NCBI RefSeq assembly: GCF_018350175.1
Contig: NC_058383.1
Coordinates: 7,132,001-7,196,000, forward strand
Origin: Felis catus
Taxonomy: Eukaryota
Direction of reading: 5' to 3'
DNA: 64,000 nucleotides
Every line of letters begins with the position of its first letter. Position 1 is the stretch's first letter. The notes beneath the pieces were generated by a model, which was not told where the DNA came from, made no database searches, and saw only the letters and a list, made by a program, of their open reading frames with translations. The position numbers and the translations under genes were made by a program. Shown here one piece after another: positions 1 to 14,031 of this stretch.

Positions 1-164
1 GCTTCGTGGGTTCGAGCCCTGCGTCGGGCTCTGTACTGACAGCTTGGAGCCTGGAGCCTGCTTCAGATTCTGTGTCTCTCTCTCACTCTCTGCCCCTCCC
101 CTGCTTGCACTCTGTCTCTCTGTCTCCCCAAAATAAATAAATATTTTTTAAAAATTTAGAAATG

Positions 165-718
165 GGACTTTGCAGATGTGACCAAGTTGAGGATCTTGAG
201 ATGGGGACACACATGGTCTTAGTGGGCCTGATGACATCACAGGGTTCCTTATAAGGAGAGAGGAGGTCAAAGGGTACAATAAGAGACGTGATGACTGAGG
301 CAAGACTCTGGAGCCGTATGTGGAAGAGGCCACGAGCCAAAGAACATAAATGGCTGGGAAAGGCAAGGAAATTGATTGTCCCTGAAGTTTTCGCAAGGAA
401 TACAGCCAAAACCTTGATTTTAGACTTCTGTGTTGTTGGGTTTTTTTAATTTTTTTTGATGTTTATTTATTTTTGACAGAGAGAGACAGAGCATGAGCTG
501 GGGAGGGGCAGAGCAAGAGGGAGACACAGAATCCGAAGCAGGCTCCAGGCTCTGAGCGGTCAACACAGAGCTCCACATGGGGCTCCAACTCATGAACCAC
601 AAGATCGTGACCTGAGCTAGAGTCAAACGCTCAACCACCTGAGCCACCCAGGCACTCCTATATGTGTTGTTTTAAGCCACTAAGTCTATGGCAACTTGTT
701 ACAGCAGCAATTGGAAAA
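165..718 (+). mobile_element. MaLR (MLT1-type) LTR interrupted by a CAN-SINE at ~440-657
   Basis: TTTGCAGATGTG..GAGATGGG..GGAAAGGCAAGGAA..TTTTAAGCCACTAAGT..TTGTTACAGCAGCAAT, typical MLT1 motifs. Confidence 0.75.
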
Positions 719-1329
719 AAGTACAATGCCTGTTCTTGACTTTTGCCCAAATTTTTATTGGGTTGTTTTCCTTAGGGATTTGTAGGAGGCTTTTGTATTT
801 TGAATGTGTTATTTTTTGGTCAGTTATATATTTTGCAAATATCTTCTCCCAGTTAGTGATTTCCTTTTTCACTCTTGTCACGGAGGCTTTTGATAACAGA
901 TTTCTTCACACAGTCAAATCTTCCCATTCTTTTTATCAATAGTGTGTACTTTTTGTCTGAAGATATTCTTCCCTATCCAGATACGATACTTTTGATTTGT
1001 AGAATTTTTGTCATCCAGCTTAAAGTATTTTTTAATTTTCCATCATTATTTCTTCTCAACTGCATGAATGGAATGTTTTGAAGTATGTTTTTAAATTTTT
1101 AAATGTATGGGAATTCTCTGTTAATCTTCTTGATGTTAATTGCATCGTGGTCTGAAAGAACATAATTTCTGTAGTACCAGCCCTTTAATTTTCTTGAGAC
1201 TTACTCTGTGACTTAACATGTGCTCAGTTTTCTTTAATACTCTATATATATGCTTAAAAATATTGTTTTCCTCTGATTACTGAGTACAGTGTCCCTATAA
1301 GATCACTAGATTAGTGTTGTATTTTGTTC

Positions 1330-2116
1330 TGTGTCTATACTACCCAATATGATAACCATAAGCCACATGGGGCTGTTGAGCATCTGAAATATAGCTGGGA
1401 CAACTGAAGGAATGGAATTTTTAAGTTTTGCTTATTTAAGTGATCTCTGCACCCAAAGTGGGGCTTGAACTCATGACCCCAAGATCAAGAGTCAGATGCT
1501 CTACCAACTTAGGGCCCCTGAAGAAATGGATTTTCATTTTATTTTTTAAATTACCTTTTTAAAATGTTTATTTATTTTGAGAGAGAGAGAAAGCAGGGGA
1601 GGGGCAGAGAGAGAACGAGAGAGAATCCCAAGCAGGCTCCATGCCATCAGCTCAGAGCCTGATGGAGGGCTTGAACCCATGAACCACGAGATCATGACCA
1701 GAGCCGAAATCAAGAATCAGATGCTTAACTGACTGAGTCACCCAAGCACCCCTGGAAATGTATTTTTAAATTCATCTAAGTATAATTAATTTATTTAAAT
1801 TTAAAAACTGAAACCCCATAAAATACTTTTCTGTTAAATACCGCTTTGTTGTTTTAGTAGGACAACATTGCCTTTAACCATGCATTGCATAAGATATTAT
1901 TGTTACATTGTTGTGCAAATATCAGGAATGTGCATTGTTTCTGGTAATTCACATAAACATATCACTGATAGGCCAATAGATTAATTCAGTTCAATGATTC
2001 AATTTAATTTTCTACTTACCAATGTAACACAATGTATTTATTAAATATTTTATGCAGACAGCATGAGTTACAGTTATACTTATGTAAATTATAGTGGTAG
2101 TTAAATTGAAGTACTT

Positions 2117-2156
<40 letters not shown>

Positions 2157-3592
2157 TTTAATTATAATATAATTAAATTATTTTACTAGTTTTAAAAAAA
2201 ATAAATGGGACAACATGCATGTGACTCTTGATCTCCGGGTTGTGAGTTCAAGCCACACACTGGGTGTAGAGATTACTTAAAAATCAATCAAGGGCCGCCT
2301 GGATGGCTCAGTTGGTTGAGCATCTGACTCTTGATTTTCCTCAGGCCATGATCTCACAGGTTCTTGAGTTCGAGCCCCACATCAGGCTCTGTGCTGGCAG
2401 CATGGAGCCTGCTCAGGATTTTCTGTTTCCCTCTCTCTGCCCTTACCCCACTCACTCTCACTCTCTCTCTCTCTCTCTCTCTCAAAAATAAATAGACATT
2501 CAAAAAATAAAAATAGATAAAGTCAATCAATAAAAATAGGGATCAATTTTTAAATTTAAAATGAAGGCACACTACTGATATAGAATCAAGTGGAGATAAA
2601 GAACTTAGCATTTTACTTAATTGTAGAGAATAATCTGATGATGTCTGACTCTTGATTTGGTTTGGGTCATGATCTCATGGTTTGTGAGATCAAGCCCACC
2701 ATTGGGTTCTGTGTTAACAGTGTGGAGCCTGCTTGGGATTCTCTCTCCCTCTCTCTCTCTGTCTCTCTGCCCCTCCCCTGCAAACACACCTGTGCTCTCT
2801 CTCTCTCTTTCTCTCTCTCTCTCAAAATAAATCAGATGAATCATGTGATAAAAAGAGACACTACCCAATTAATATTTTGGGTACATTTAATCTCAGTATA
2901 CTTCCAAATTCATGAAAAAATATTGTCAAGTCGTGGGCTAAAAAAAAAAATCAAACTTTCAGCATAGATATTTTATAGTCTTTTACAACTATCAAAGAAA
3001 AATTTCAGCTAGAAATTAAAAAAATATATATTTACTATCACAATGGACAGTTCTCTAGATGTTTCCCTTGTGTTTTGTTTCACCGTGTGATACATATTGA
3101 AAATATTTGTGTTCAGTTTTCCAAAGCAGACTCTAAGAAAATCATCATGAATACGGTTGATAAATGCACTGAATATAATGTGCAAATACTGTAAGTCATC
3201 ACTGGTTTGTGGAACGGCTGTAATAAATAGAGGAAATGAATTCAATGATCTTGTACTCTTTGCTAATGCTTATTGGTTGAGCCGTGGAAGAGTTTTGCAA
3301 AGATTTACCATATTGATAATGCTAATGTAAGGTTTTCTTGAAATAAAAGAAATGCTTGCCAAAGATTCAATAATCAAAGACCAAAATAATGGCAATGTGA
3401 TTCATGCTTCCCCACTGATATCATACCACAGATGAACAAACTAATTTTAAAGCTCCAAATAAAAGAAAAACATATTTGTGAAATAGCCAGAGATATGAGA
3501 ATTTATGTCAGTTTAAACTTTTTGAAATACAAATCAATAATAATGATTTTACACATCATATATATACATATATATGTATATATATATATATA

Positions 3593-3681
<89 letters not shown>

Positions 3682-3905
3682 AATTCCAGGACAGTTAACA
3701 TACAGTGCTAATATTAGTTTCAAGTGTACAATACAGGGATTCAACAATTCTATACATTACTCAGTGCTCATTGTGATAAGTATTTTACATATTTTTCTAA
3801 CATTGAATCAGTATGGACACTAATCAGATCAATAGCTATTTACCACATAAGAGAAGCTGTGTTATTTTGCTCTACTAAATATACTACATCTGGCCCAGTG
3901 GCTAA
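1330..3905 (+). mobile_element. hAT-Charlie DNA transposon fossil (MER3/Charlie5-like ends) with transposase remnant; contains nested SINEs
   Basis: Plus frame FNDLVLFANAYWLSRGRVLQRF (WLSRG at 3274-3288), then CFPTDIIPQMNKLILKLQ; MER3-like termini. Confidence 0.8.
3558..3676. repeat. Compound (TA)n(TG)n microsatellite
   Basis: Directly visible. Confidence 0.95.
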
Positions 3906-3937
3906 AATCTGGAACTCCTACTTAGTTAATTCTCCAG

Positions 3938-5050
3938 TATACATTTGACCCTTGAACAACACAATGGTTAGGGACACTGACCCCTGTGCAATCAAAAAAT
4001 CCATGTATGACTCTCCAAAAACTTAACTACTATTAGAACTGCAAGAGGTCGCTTTTTATTGCAATATACAATGTTCTGGAGAGACAAACTGCTCCCTGGG
4101 AGATGCTTAGCACCCCACGTTTTTTTCAACTTTTTTTTTTTTATTTATTTATTTTTGGGACAGAGAGAGACAGAGCATGAACGGGGGAGGGGCAGAGAGA
4201 GAGGGAGACACAGAATCGGAAACAGGCTCCAGGCTCCGAGCCATCAGCCCAGAGCCCGACGCGGGGCTCGAACTCCCGGACCGCGAGATCGTGACCTGGC
4301 TGAAGTCGGATGCTTAACCGACTGCGCCACCCAGGCGCCCCAGCACCCCACGTTTTAAGCAGATGCTCACACTTGAGCTCACTGCAGTAGCAACAGGAAG
4401 TGGCTGTGAAATCACTACAGAACAACATGTACTACAGTTAATTTTATGCAGTTAGGATTTAATACTACACCTTTACATTTATTTACATTTCTTTCAACGG
4501 CAAATAGCACCATTTACAGTCTGAAGTGTGTGCATATGTTTTGATAAATTTTAACTTTTTAAAATAAGATTTGTGGGGGCACCTTGCTGGCTCCATCAGT
4601 AAAGCATGTGACTCTTGATCTTGGGGTTGTGAGTTCGAGCCCCACGTTGGGTGTAGAGATTACTTAAAAATAAAATCTTTTAAAAAAATAATAAAATAGG
4701 GGCACCTGGCTGGCTCAGTCCATAGAGCACGGGACTCTCAATCCTCAGGGCCTTGAGTTCAAGCCCCACAGTGGGCATGGAGATTTACCTTTAAAATAAA
4801 ATTTAAAAAATAATAATAATGAAATAAAAGATAAAATAGATTCATGTATTTTTATGGTGATAAATGATAAAGTATATTTGTATCTACACATATTTTATGC
4901 ATCCCTTTTTATTTAATTTTTTCAATGTTTCTAGGCTACATGGTTTTTTTGTGGCTTTTTTCAAATTGTTGCAAATCTCCAAAAAATTTTTCCAGTATAT
5001 TTATTGAAGAAAAGCCACATAGAAGTGGACTCACACAGTTCAAACCCAAA
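3938..5050. mobile_element. Tigger2-type (TcMar) DNA transposon fossil with nested SINEs
   Basis: TTGACCCTTGAACAAC left end and AAGTGGACTCACACAGTTCAAACCC right end. Confidence 0.7.
4121..4341 (-). mobile_element. Young cat-type CAN-SINE
   Basis: Intact CpGs; target-site duplication AGCACCCCACGTTTT on both sides. Confidence 0.95.
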
Positions 5051-5074
5051 CAACATGGGTTTCAGGGGTTTCCT

Positions 5075-5099
5075 TCCTTTTTATAGCTGAAAAATATTC

Positions 5100-5141
<42 letters not shown>

Positions 5142-8100
5142 CACATCTTCTTTATTCATTCACCAAGATGGACATTTAAGTTGTTCCCACACCATGGCTA
5201 TTGTAAATAACGCTGCAGTGAACATGGGAGTGCAGATATTACTCTGAGATCCTGATTTCATTTTCTTTGGATATATACCCAGATGTGGAATTGCAAGATA
5301 ATAATGTACTTCTATTTTTAATTTTTTTTGAGAAACTGCCATACTTTTTTCCATAGTGGCTGTACCAATTTAAATTCCCACCAACAGTACACCAGGGTTC
5401 TCTTTTCTCCACATCCAAACCAACATTTATTATCTCTTGTCTTTTTCATAATAGCCATTCTGACAGGTGTGAAGTGATATCTCACTGTGGTTTTTATTTG
5501 CAGTTCCCTGATGATTAGTAATGTTGAGCACCTTTTTAAAAAAATGTTTACTTATTTATTTTTGAGAGAGAGAGAGAGAGATCACAAGCAGGGGAGGGGC
5601 AGAGAAAGAGGAAGAGAGAGAATCTCAAGCAGTCTCCACACTATCAGTGCAGAGCCTGTCGCGGGGCTTGAACTCACAAACTGTGAGATCCTGACCTGAG
5701 CTGAAACCAAGAGTCAGACATTGAACCAACCGAGCCACTCAGGCACCCTGAGCACCTTTTGATATATTTGTTGGCCATTTGTATATCTTCTCTGGGAAGA
5801 AAAAAGTCTATTCAAGTCCTCTGAACTTTTTTAAGTTTATTTGTTTTGTTTTGTTTTTTTAGTAATCTCTATACCCAATGTGAGGCTTGAACTTACAACC
5901 CTGAGATCAAGAGTCGCATGCTCTTTCAACTGAGTCGGCCAGGCACCCCACCCCTGCACATTTTTAAATTGGATTGTTTGGGGGCGGTGGGGGGCTTGTT
6001 CTAAGTTACATGACTTCCTTGTATATTTTGGATATTAACCCATTATCAGATAGATTGGGTTTGCAAATATTTCTTCCCATTCCATAGGCTACCTTTTCAT
6101 TTTGTTGATTATTTCTTTCGCTGCACAGAAACCTTTAAGTTTGATGTAGTCCCACTTATTTATTTTACTTTTGTTACTGGTGCTTTTGGTGTCACATCCG
6201 AAAAATCATTGCCAAGATAAACATCAAGAAGATGGTGCTCTATGCTTTCTCCTGGGAGTTCTATAATTTCAGGTCTTATGTTTAAGTCCTTAATTCATTT
6301 TCAGTTAATTTTTGTGAGTGATGTAGTAAGGTAAGGAAAGGTCCAGTCTCATTCTTTTGCAAGTGAATATTCAGTTTTCCCAACACCATTTATTAAAGAG
6401 ACTATCCTTTCCTCATTGAGTATGCTTGGCACTCTTGTCAAATATTAGGTGGCCATAGATGCATGGGTTTATGTCTGGGCTCTTGATTCTGTTCCATTGG
6501 TCAATGTGTCTGTTTTTAATGTCAGTACTATATCTTTTGATTACTATAGCCTTGTAATACAGCTTGAAATCAGGAAGTGGGAGGCCTCAAGCTTTGTTCT
6601 TTCTCAAGATTGCTTTAGCTATTTGAGGTCTATTGTGGTTCCATACAAATTGTAGCTTTGTTTTTTTCTATTTCTTTGAAAAATGTCATTAGAAGTTTGA
6701 TAGGGATTGCATTGACTGTATGGGCAGATTTGGGTAGTATGGACATTTTAATATTAACTCTTCCAATCCATGAACGTGGGGTATATTTCCAATTATTTGT
6801 GTCTTCAGTTTTATTTATCAAAGTCTTACAGTTTTTGATATATAGACCTTTCATTTCCTTAGTTAAATTTGTTCATAAGTATCTTATTGTTTTTTATGTT
6901 ATTGTAAATGGAATTGTTTCTTTATTTCTTTCTCATCTAGCTTGTTGTTAGAATCTGGAAACACACTGATTTTTGTATGTTGATTTTGTATCCTGCAACT
7001 TTACTGAACTCATTGATTAATTCTAACAGTTTTTTGGTGGCGTCTTTAGGATTTTCTATACACAAGATCATGTTAGCAGCAAACAGAAACAGTTTTACTT
7101 CTACCTTTCCAATTTGGATGCCTTTTATTTCTTTTTCTTGCCTAATTGCTCTAACTAGGATTTCCACTACTGTGTTGAATAGGAGTAGTGAGATGACATC
7201 TTTTTCTTGTTCCTGGTGTTAGGGGGAAAGCACTCAACCCTATCACTGTTGAGTATGATGTTAGCTATGAGTTTATCATATATGGCCTTTATTATGTTGA
7301 GATGTGTTCCTTCTATGCCCAATTCGTTGAGAATTTTTATCATGAAAGGACATTGAATTTTGCCAAATGTTTTTTTCTTTATCTTTTGAGATGATCATAT
7401 GATTTTTGTCTTTCATTCTATTAGTGTGGTTTTATCACGTTTACTGAGTTGCATATGGTGCATGAGTCTTGCATCCCACTTGGTCTTGGTGTGTAATCCT
7501 TTTAATTTGCTGTTGAATTTGGTTTGCTAGTATTTTGTTGAGAATGTTTGTATCTATTTTCATCAGAGATATTGGTCTATAGTTTTTTCTTGTAATACCC
7601 TTACCTGGTTTTGGTATCCAGGTAATGCTGACCTTGTAAAATGAGTTTGGAAGTACTTCCTCCTTTTCTATTTTTTGGAAGAGTTTGAGAACTGACATTA
7701 ATATATTTTTTTTAATTTTTGGTAGAATTCACCCATGAGGCCATCTGGTCCTGGGCTTTTTCTTTTTTTTTTTAATGTTTATTTATTTTGAGAGAGAGAC
7801 AGAGAACATGAGCAGAGGAGAAACAGAGAGAGAAACACAGAATCCAAAGCAGACTCCAGGCTCTAAGCTGTCAGCACAGAGCTTGATGCAGGGCTCGAAC
7901 TCACAAACCATGAGATTATGACCTGAGCCAAAGTCAGATGCTCATCAGACTGAGTCACCCAGGTGCCCCATCCTGGGCTTTTTATTGTTGGGGGTGGGGT
8001 TTCTGATCACTGATTTAATCTCCTTACTTATCTCCTTATGTATCTTATTAGTCTCTTCAGATTTTCTCTTCATGATTCAGACTTGGTAGGTTGTCTGTTT

Positions 8101-8372
8101 CTAGGAATTTATCCATTTCTTCTAGGTTATCCAATTTGTTGATGTATAATTGTTCATTCTAGTATCATATACTCCTTTGTATTTTTGTGGTATCAGTTGT
8201 CGTATCCCCACTTTCATTCGTAATTTTATTTGAGTTCTGTCTCTTTTTTTCTTGGTAAGACTAGCTAAAGGTTTGTTAATTTTGTTTATCCTTTTTTTTA
8301 AAAAAAAAAAGCTCTTAGTTTTCATTCATCTTTTCTATTGTGTTTCTGGTCCCTGTTTCATTTATTTCTACT
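5075..8372 (-). mobile_element. 5'-truncated LINE-1 (ORF2 RT and C-terminal fragments plus 3' region) with nested SINEs
   Basis: ORF pieces [57 protein letters not shown]. Confidence 0.95.
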
Positions 8373-9768
8373 CTGGAAGAGGCAGGATGGGAACTAAGGG
8401 TGGCTCTAGGGTCAGACTCTTAGTCCTCTGCCAAACCACTTCTCAAGGAGGAGGAGCTACTGAGTCAGGTGCCTTTTGCACATCTTTGCATACGGTTTGT
8501 AATCATCTCCTTGGAAACCAAGAGCCGTGACCCCACATTCAGGGTTATGCAGAAGGTCCGCCAGAGTGACCAAAGTCCTTGTTTAAATGTCTGAAGTGGG
8601 GGTGGAAAGTGGGGAGGTGCACAGAGCCTGGGGAATAGGGACACTTTTCAAAGTTGCATGAATTTCTCCAGATTCTTCAATGGCTCCATTTATAAATGTC
8701 CCCAGTGCCCGGGTCAGTGTGGGTATCAAGGGAGGAGGCTAAGTTTGGTGCGGGGCGGGGGGGGAGTAGTAGGGGAAGGGGGTTTTTGCCTAGTTATTTC
8801 TAAACTTCTGACAAGACCCTAAAGCACCAAGACAAACTTCTCTTTCACAATAAGTTTCTGAGGGTTGGTGCCAAGAAAGAAGCCCCTGAGGGTTGAGAGA
8901 GCTCTCCTCCCACTTCTTTATTCCACCAAACAATGCCCTCTTTGTCTCTCCTCTTCCCACCAAAAGAGACCAGCCTCCTCCCACAGCCATATGTTGATGA
9001 CATGTGCCATGACCTGGAGCAGCAGGGTGCAGGGATCACCCAAGGGTAGGGAGTAAAAAGAAGTTTGGAGGCCTGGCATCTCTATAACCCACCTCTATGG
9101 GAAGAGAAACCTTTCTTCTCTCCCTCCCTCCTTCGTTTTCACAGTTGGATATATCTATCTGGTTCGGAGGAGTGTGATAGGTCACCAGGAACAAGGGTTG
9201 AGGAGGGGTCAGCAGAAGTAAAGTATCAGAACAAGAAGGAAAACATCTCCCCCAGAGAATTGAATACGGCAGCACTGGACCTAAGAGACCTGGAAAGAAG
9301 AGAGCTAAGCTAGTCCTGGGCCCATCATCACAATGAAAATCTGGAGGAAACAAAAATATAAACCAACAATTTCTTAAGATTGTGCAGGTTTAAAATCTGT
9401 AACATTTACAAATAGTCAACAGATGTATTTCTCACCATTATGGAAAGAACTCAACTTAGCAACAAGTTTAACTCAAGAACTGATGATATAGAGGCAGCAT
9501 CCTGGTTTTATTCCATGCTGATCCCATCTGGCTCATTTCTAGAATTTCTAGAAAATCCTCCTTCCTGCACTTTGTATTACATAAAGGCAAGCACTTGCCC
9601 ATGCAAGAATGCAATGCTGAGAGATGGACAGGAAGGAAAGCCTGGAGACCAGAGGCCATGGTCAGCTGTTGATCCCGATGACCCAAGTTTTTTCCTCCTT
9701 GATCTTCTGCTACCTCACAAAGGGACTCACAGTTGACCCATACCTCAAAATCCTCTCCACCTTGGTAG

Positions 9769-10007
9769 CGCCTTAGTCTGTGACTTTCTCTATGCCAGAT
9801 TTTCCAGGCCTAGTGAAGTCTTTCCCAGGTTTTAGGTCACTGCCTGCTCCAACAATCAGGCCTTCTTTCTCCATGATTATAAAAGCAGAAATCCCCTGGG
9901 ACTCTAGTGCCAAATGGTAGGGATGGAGAACGAGAGGAAGGCCAAGTTCAGAAGACTAGAAAAGACATCTTTGAAAGACATCATGGACTATTCCAAGGCC
10001 AGAGAAG
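9769..10007 (+). pseudogene. AZGP1-like pseudo-exon 2
   Basis: Ends GACATCATGGACTATTCCAAGGCCAGAGAAG|GCCAGT versus GACATCATGGACTATTACAAGGACAGAGAAG|GTCAGT in the functional gene; AG acceptor at 9767-9768; indels and stops; donor changed from GT to GC. Confidence 0.92.
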
Positions 10008-10467
10008 GCCAGTAGAATGAATGCTATGCTGTTTTCACAGCTCAAGGGATAATCCCTCGTAGGCATGAAGAGGGAAGTTAGCAAGAAGGCAATATCAGAG
10101 CCCCGAAAACCAACAAAAGACACAGTAGAAATACGCAGACACAACTCATCTACTTTCCTCCTCCCCACCCTCACCCCAGGCTTTAGCTCTCACACAAGAA
10201 GTGGTGTCAGAGCCAACTTTCATCCATGCACATCTGACTACACCCCTACCCATCTGAGGCTGATTCCACTTTAGAAAGCATCAGACTCACCCCTGCCCAA
10301 GGTTGTTGACTGGAAAATGAGCTGACTTGGGGGTCATTCTGACCAAGGTTTACATGGTGGCTCTGCTAGTCACTAGATATTTCATAGTGGCTTCATCAAG
10401 TGACTTAATCATCTGGGCTGCTTTGTATCAACAACTCCTCTCATGGTTATTGTGAGAATTCCATTTT

Positions 10468-10683
10468 TAAATTTTTTTTTCAACGTTTATTTATTTTTGG
10501 GACAGAGAGAGACAGAGCATGAACGGGGGAGGGGCAGAGAGAGAGGGAGACACAGAATCGGAAACAGGCTCCAGGCTCTGAGCCATCAGCCCAGAGCCCT
10601 ACGTGGGGCTCGAACTCACGGACCGCGAGATCGTGACCTGGCTGAAGTCGGACGCTTAACCGACTGCGCCACCCAGGCGCCCC
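10468..10683 (-). mobile_element. Young cat-type CAN-SINE
   Basis: TSD TGAGAATTCCATTTTT. Confidence 0.95.
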
Positions 10684-12307
10684 TGAGAATTCCATTTTTT
10701 AAAAACTAGCCTATGTAAGCTGCATGGGAACAAGGGATAGTGTCTCTTGATCTGCCCTGTTCCCCCGTTGCCAAGGACATTACTCGGCATTTAGAACTTA
10801 TTAAATATGGTCCATAGTTCATAGTCCATTTGGGGTTTTTACTGAATGTTTTCCTTGCCATTGACTGTTACAGCCACGTGGAACCCTAAGTATCTTCCAG
10901 GCCATTTTACATAAGAGGAAGCAGACCCAGAATAAATCATTTCTGTGGGTCATACAGATTGCAAGATGCAAAGCAAGAGGCCAGTTCCTCAGACCCAGTA
11001 AACTATTGATACCGAGCACAGAATTAGAGACTAAGAGTGGGAGTAGAGAACAAAATGCCCCAAAAGCTGCAGGGAATCTGGAATCTCCAGGAGGATGAAC
11101 CAGAAAAAGAGCCTGGATCATAAGTAGGAGTGATTAGGGCATAGAGGACTGGAAAGACATTACCTGGAACAGAAAACTTGTGGTCAGAAGTCATGAGTAA
11201 TGGATGATACATAAAGAGAGGAAGAGGGGTCCCCAAGGTAATTATAATAGATGGCATTTATTGAGCAAGTGCTATGTACCAAGTACCTGTGATCTTATTT
11301 AATCCTCACCAAAAAACACATCAGAGATAAAACTATTACTATTAATATCCATTTTAGCAATGAGGAAATTGAAGCAGAGAAGAATTAAGTAATTTCCTCA
11401 AGGTCACAAATGTAGCAGGTGATGGTGGCAATGGGGATCAAACCCAGACATGCTTTCTGTAAAACCTGGATCATTAACCAAAACTCTCACCATATTAGGA
11501 GTTACTGTTTTGAGTAATCAGAAGGAGGGAGGAGGAAGCCCTAGGTAGGGATTATATTGATCCCAGAGACTGGCTACTCAGAGAGGATAAAACAAGGGGG
11601 CATTGTTGAAAATGGGTGGGGGAGATGGGGACATTCGGAATTTGGGATAGGGCCAGTAAAAAAATAAAGGAGCAGACATAATCACTGCACAACCATAAAA
11701 CTGAACAGTTGAAATCTTACGTTGAATGGAAAGAAAAATTGCAAATAATATAAAGACTAAAAATAATTTTTATTTGGTTCTGGAATACCTACAAGTGTTG
11801 TTGTGTCTGGTGCTCTCAGCAGTCACAAGATATCCAAAGAAATAAATTCTGTTCAACTGACTCAAGAGCATCCTCAGACCTGATTTTCCTCTCCCAGCCC
11901 ACCAATAAGCTCTCTCTTGTGGCAAATGGGAGATTACCTTTAAGACTCAAGAAACACCAACCCAAGTGGAAATGTCTGACTTGGACCTTAATGATGTGGA
12001 GGCATTAGGTTTATAGGTCTACTGCAGTTTCAGAAGGCCAGCAGTGAGGACTGGATCATCCTGTTTGCCCTGCAGTGGTAGACCAGCTTTCCCAAAATTG
12101 CACCAGCATATCTACGCAAAGGGAGCCTTCCCTGCTCAACCCCCCTCCGCCAAGACTGGAGCACACAGGCAGGTTGATCACCTTGGCACACAAAATCCCC
12201 TCTGCCAGTGGGAATCCACATGCAGACAGGAGGGGTGTGGGACCATCCCTGAGGCAGGTGCTTGTCAGAGTCTGGAATTTAGCCCTACTTGCAAGCCCAT
12301 AAATTAA

Positions 12308-12720
12308 CTGTTACTATTTCGTGGATGCTGGCAGAAGACAGGAGAACCTTCGGACACAGACAAAAGACTGTTGGTCATGGCACATCAGGCAGTATGAACA
12401 TCACGTTGGCCAGGGTTACCCTGTGCCCCTAAATCCCAGGCAGTATCTCTGAAGGACCCAAATGGATGCTATATAAGCAGTAGGCTTGTGTACGTTACAG
12501 CCAAGGAACACTGAACTTGGGAAAGGCATGCTTTCCTCATGAACTGTCTTGAGCCTGATCTTTTTCCAAAGGGCATCTCTTGAGGTTGCTCACTGCAAAC
12601 ACTACCCTGAGAAATGGCCCAGGTGGTGACCACACAGGGCTTGGCATTCTTGACATGCCCAGTAAGAACATGCAAGAAGCTCAAGCTCAAGACCCATGGC
12701 AGATTGCCCTGCCCAGCAGA
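12308..12720 (-). mobile_element. ERVL-class solo LTR (MER54/MER74-like)
   Basis: TGTTACT..GGATGCTGGCAGAAGAC..AGACAAAAGAC..GACCCATGG..TTGCCC pattern; family call from memory. Confidence 0.55.
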
Positions 12721-13624
12721 CACCCCTGACCCCCCCTACCTCTGCACTGAGTTGACCAGTTGTCCCCATGAGCTCTGCAACTCACAAAATGATTGCTCTG
12801 CTGGCAAGGCAGGACTGTATCCCAAAGGTACTGACACACTGATCTTTGGTAACTCTCTGTATGTGTTGCAATGAGATTAATATGATTGGTGAGGAGTTTG
12901 CAGTTGAATAAGAACATAGAAAAGTAATGACTTAGCAGCTCCATTGAAAACAAAAGTTTATGTGGAAAAGTAAAATAATTATAGTTGATTGTATAACAGA
13001 GCTGTAAAGGTATTACCTAGTCATAATAATGAAAACAATGAATATAGATCTAACCTAAGTTCTCATATATAATATTTATATTAGGGGGATGGATGATGGG
13101 AAGTGGGTGTGTGTTGTGGAGGCTGGCAAAGGAAAGAAGGTAAATCATCTCTTCCAGAATATCTGGGATATCTATATACACCTATATAATGCCTGACACT
13201 GAAATATCAAGGAAGCATTTTATTGAAAAACATGGAGGTATACATCTCCAAAATAACCAACTAAAAAGATATGAAAATCATTGAATGAAAAATAAAGAAA
13301 AAATATTTTGGAAGTCATTTTACTTTGCATAAACCAGGCATTGAAAAAATACTTATTGTCCTTAAGTAAAGAATTTTCACTGGGAATGGTTGACAGAAAA
13401 GAGAAGAACTGCAGAAAGATCATGCAATTGGAAGTAACAATGTGGAAATTTCATTTCTAAGTAATCTCTGTACCCAACGTGGGGCTTGAACTTAACCCCA
13501 AGCTCAAGAGTTGAGCACTCCACAAACTAAGCCAACCAGGCACCCCTGGAAATTTATTTTGAACAAAAACTTGACTCAATCCTCAACTGCTTTTATAGCT
13601 TTATAGGATAAAATCAATAATAAA

Positions 13625-13757
13625 AACTAAACTAAACTAAACTAAAATAATAAAATAAAATAAAATAAAATAAAATATAAAATAAAATAAAATATAAAAT
13701 AAAATAAAATAAAATAAAATAAAATAAAATAAAATAAAATAAAATAAAATAAAAAAA
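13625..13757 (+). repeat. (AAAAT)n simple repeat
   Basis: Directly visible. Confidence 0.95.
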
Positions 13758-13802
13758 TATGAAGCCAGACTAGCTGGCTGTGTATGGAGGCCCTACCTTC
13801 AG

Positions 13803-14031
13803 GGCCTCACACCTTCCAGGGAATGTTGGTTTGAAAGCTCTAGAGTAAAAACAAAGAAAAAAAGACATCAAATTCAACAAAGAAATCCCAGCCTGAGCAC
13901 CCTTGGACCCTGTAGCCCTGGACAGCAGTCAAAAATGAGAATCAGAGAACATCCCAGTGAAGTGGCTGAGGTCTACCTGGAGGCGGAGTACTCTGACCTG
14001 TTCAGAGTGAGCGCCTACTACCTGGACTAAG
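13803..14031 (+). pseudogene. AZGP1-like pseudo-exon 3
   Basis: CAG|GGCCTCACACCTTCCAGGGA (PHTFQG), then KDIKFNKEIPA*APLDPVALDSSQK*ESE and, after a frameshift, AEVYLEAEY; both conserved Trp codons are TGA; internal deletion. Confidence 0.92.

Noticed and set aside
6630..7698. Reverse-transcriptase-like ORFs read as an active L1
   Set aside because: Fragmented by frameshifts and stops, 5'-truncated, and interrupted by SINEs.
8372..9100. Search for exon 1 of the AZGP1 pseudogene or for GJC3 coding sequence
   Set aside because: No signal-peptide exon or connexin motif is recognisable here or elsewhere in the window.
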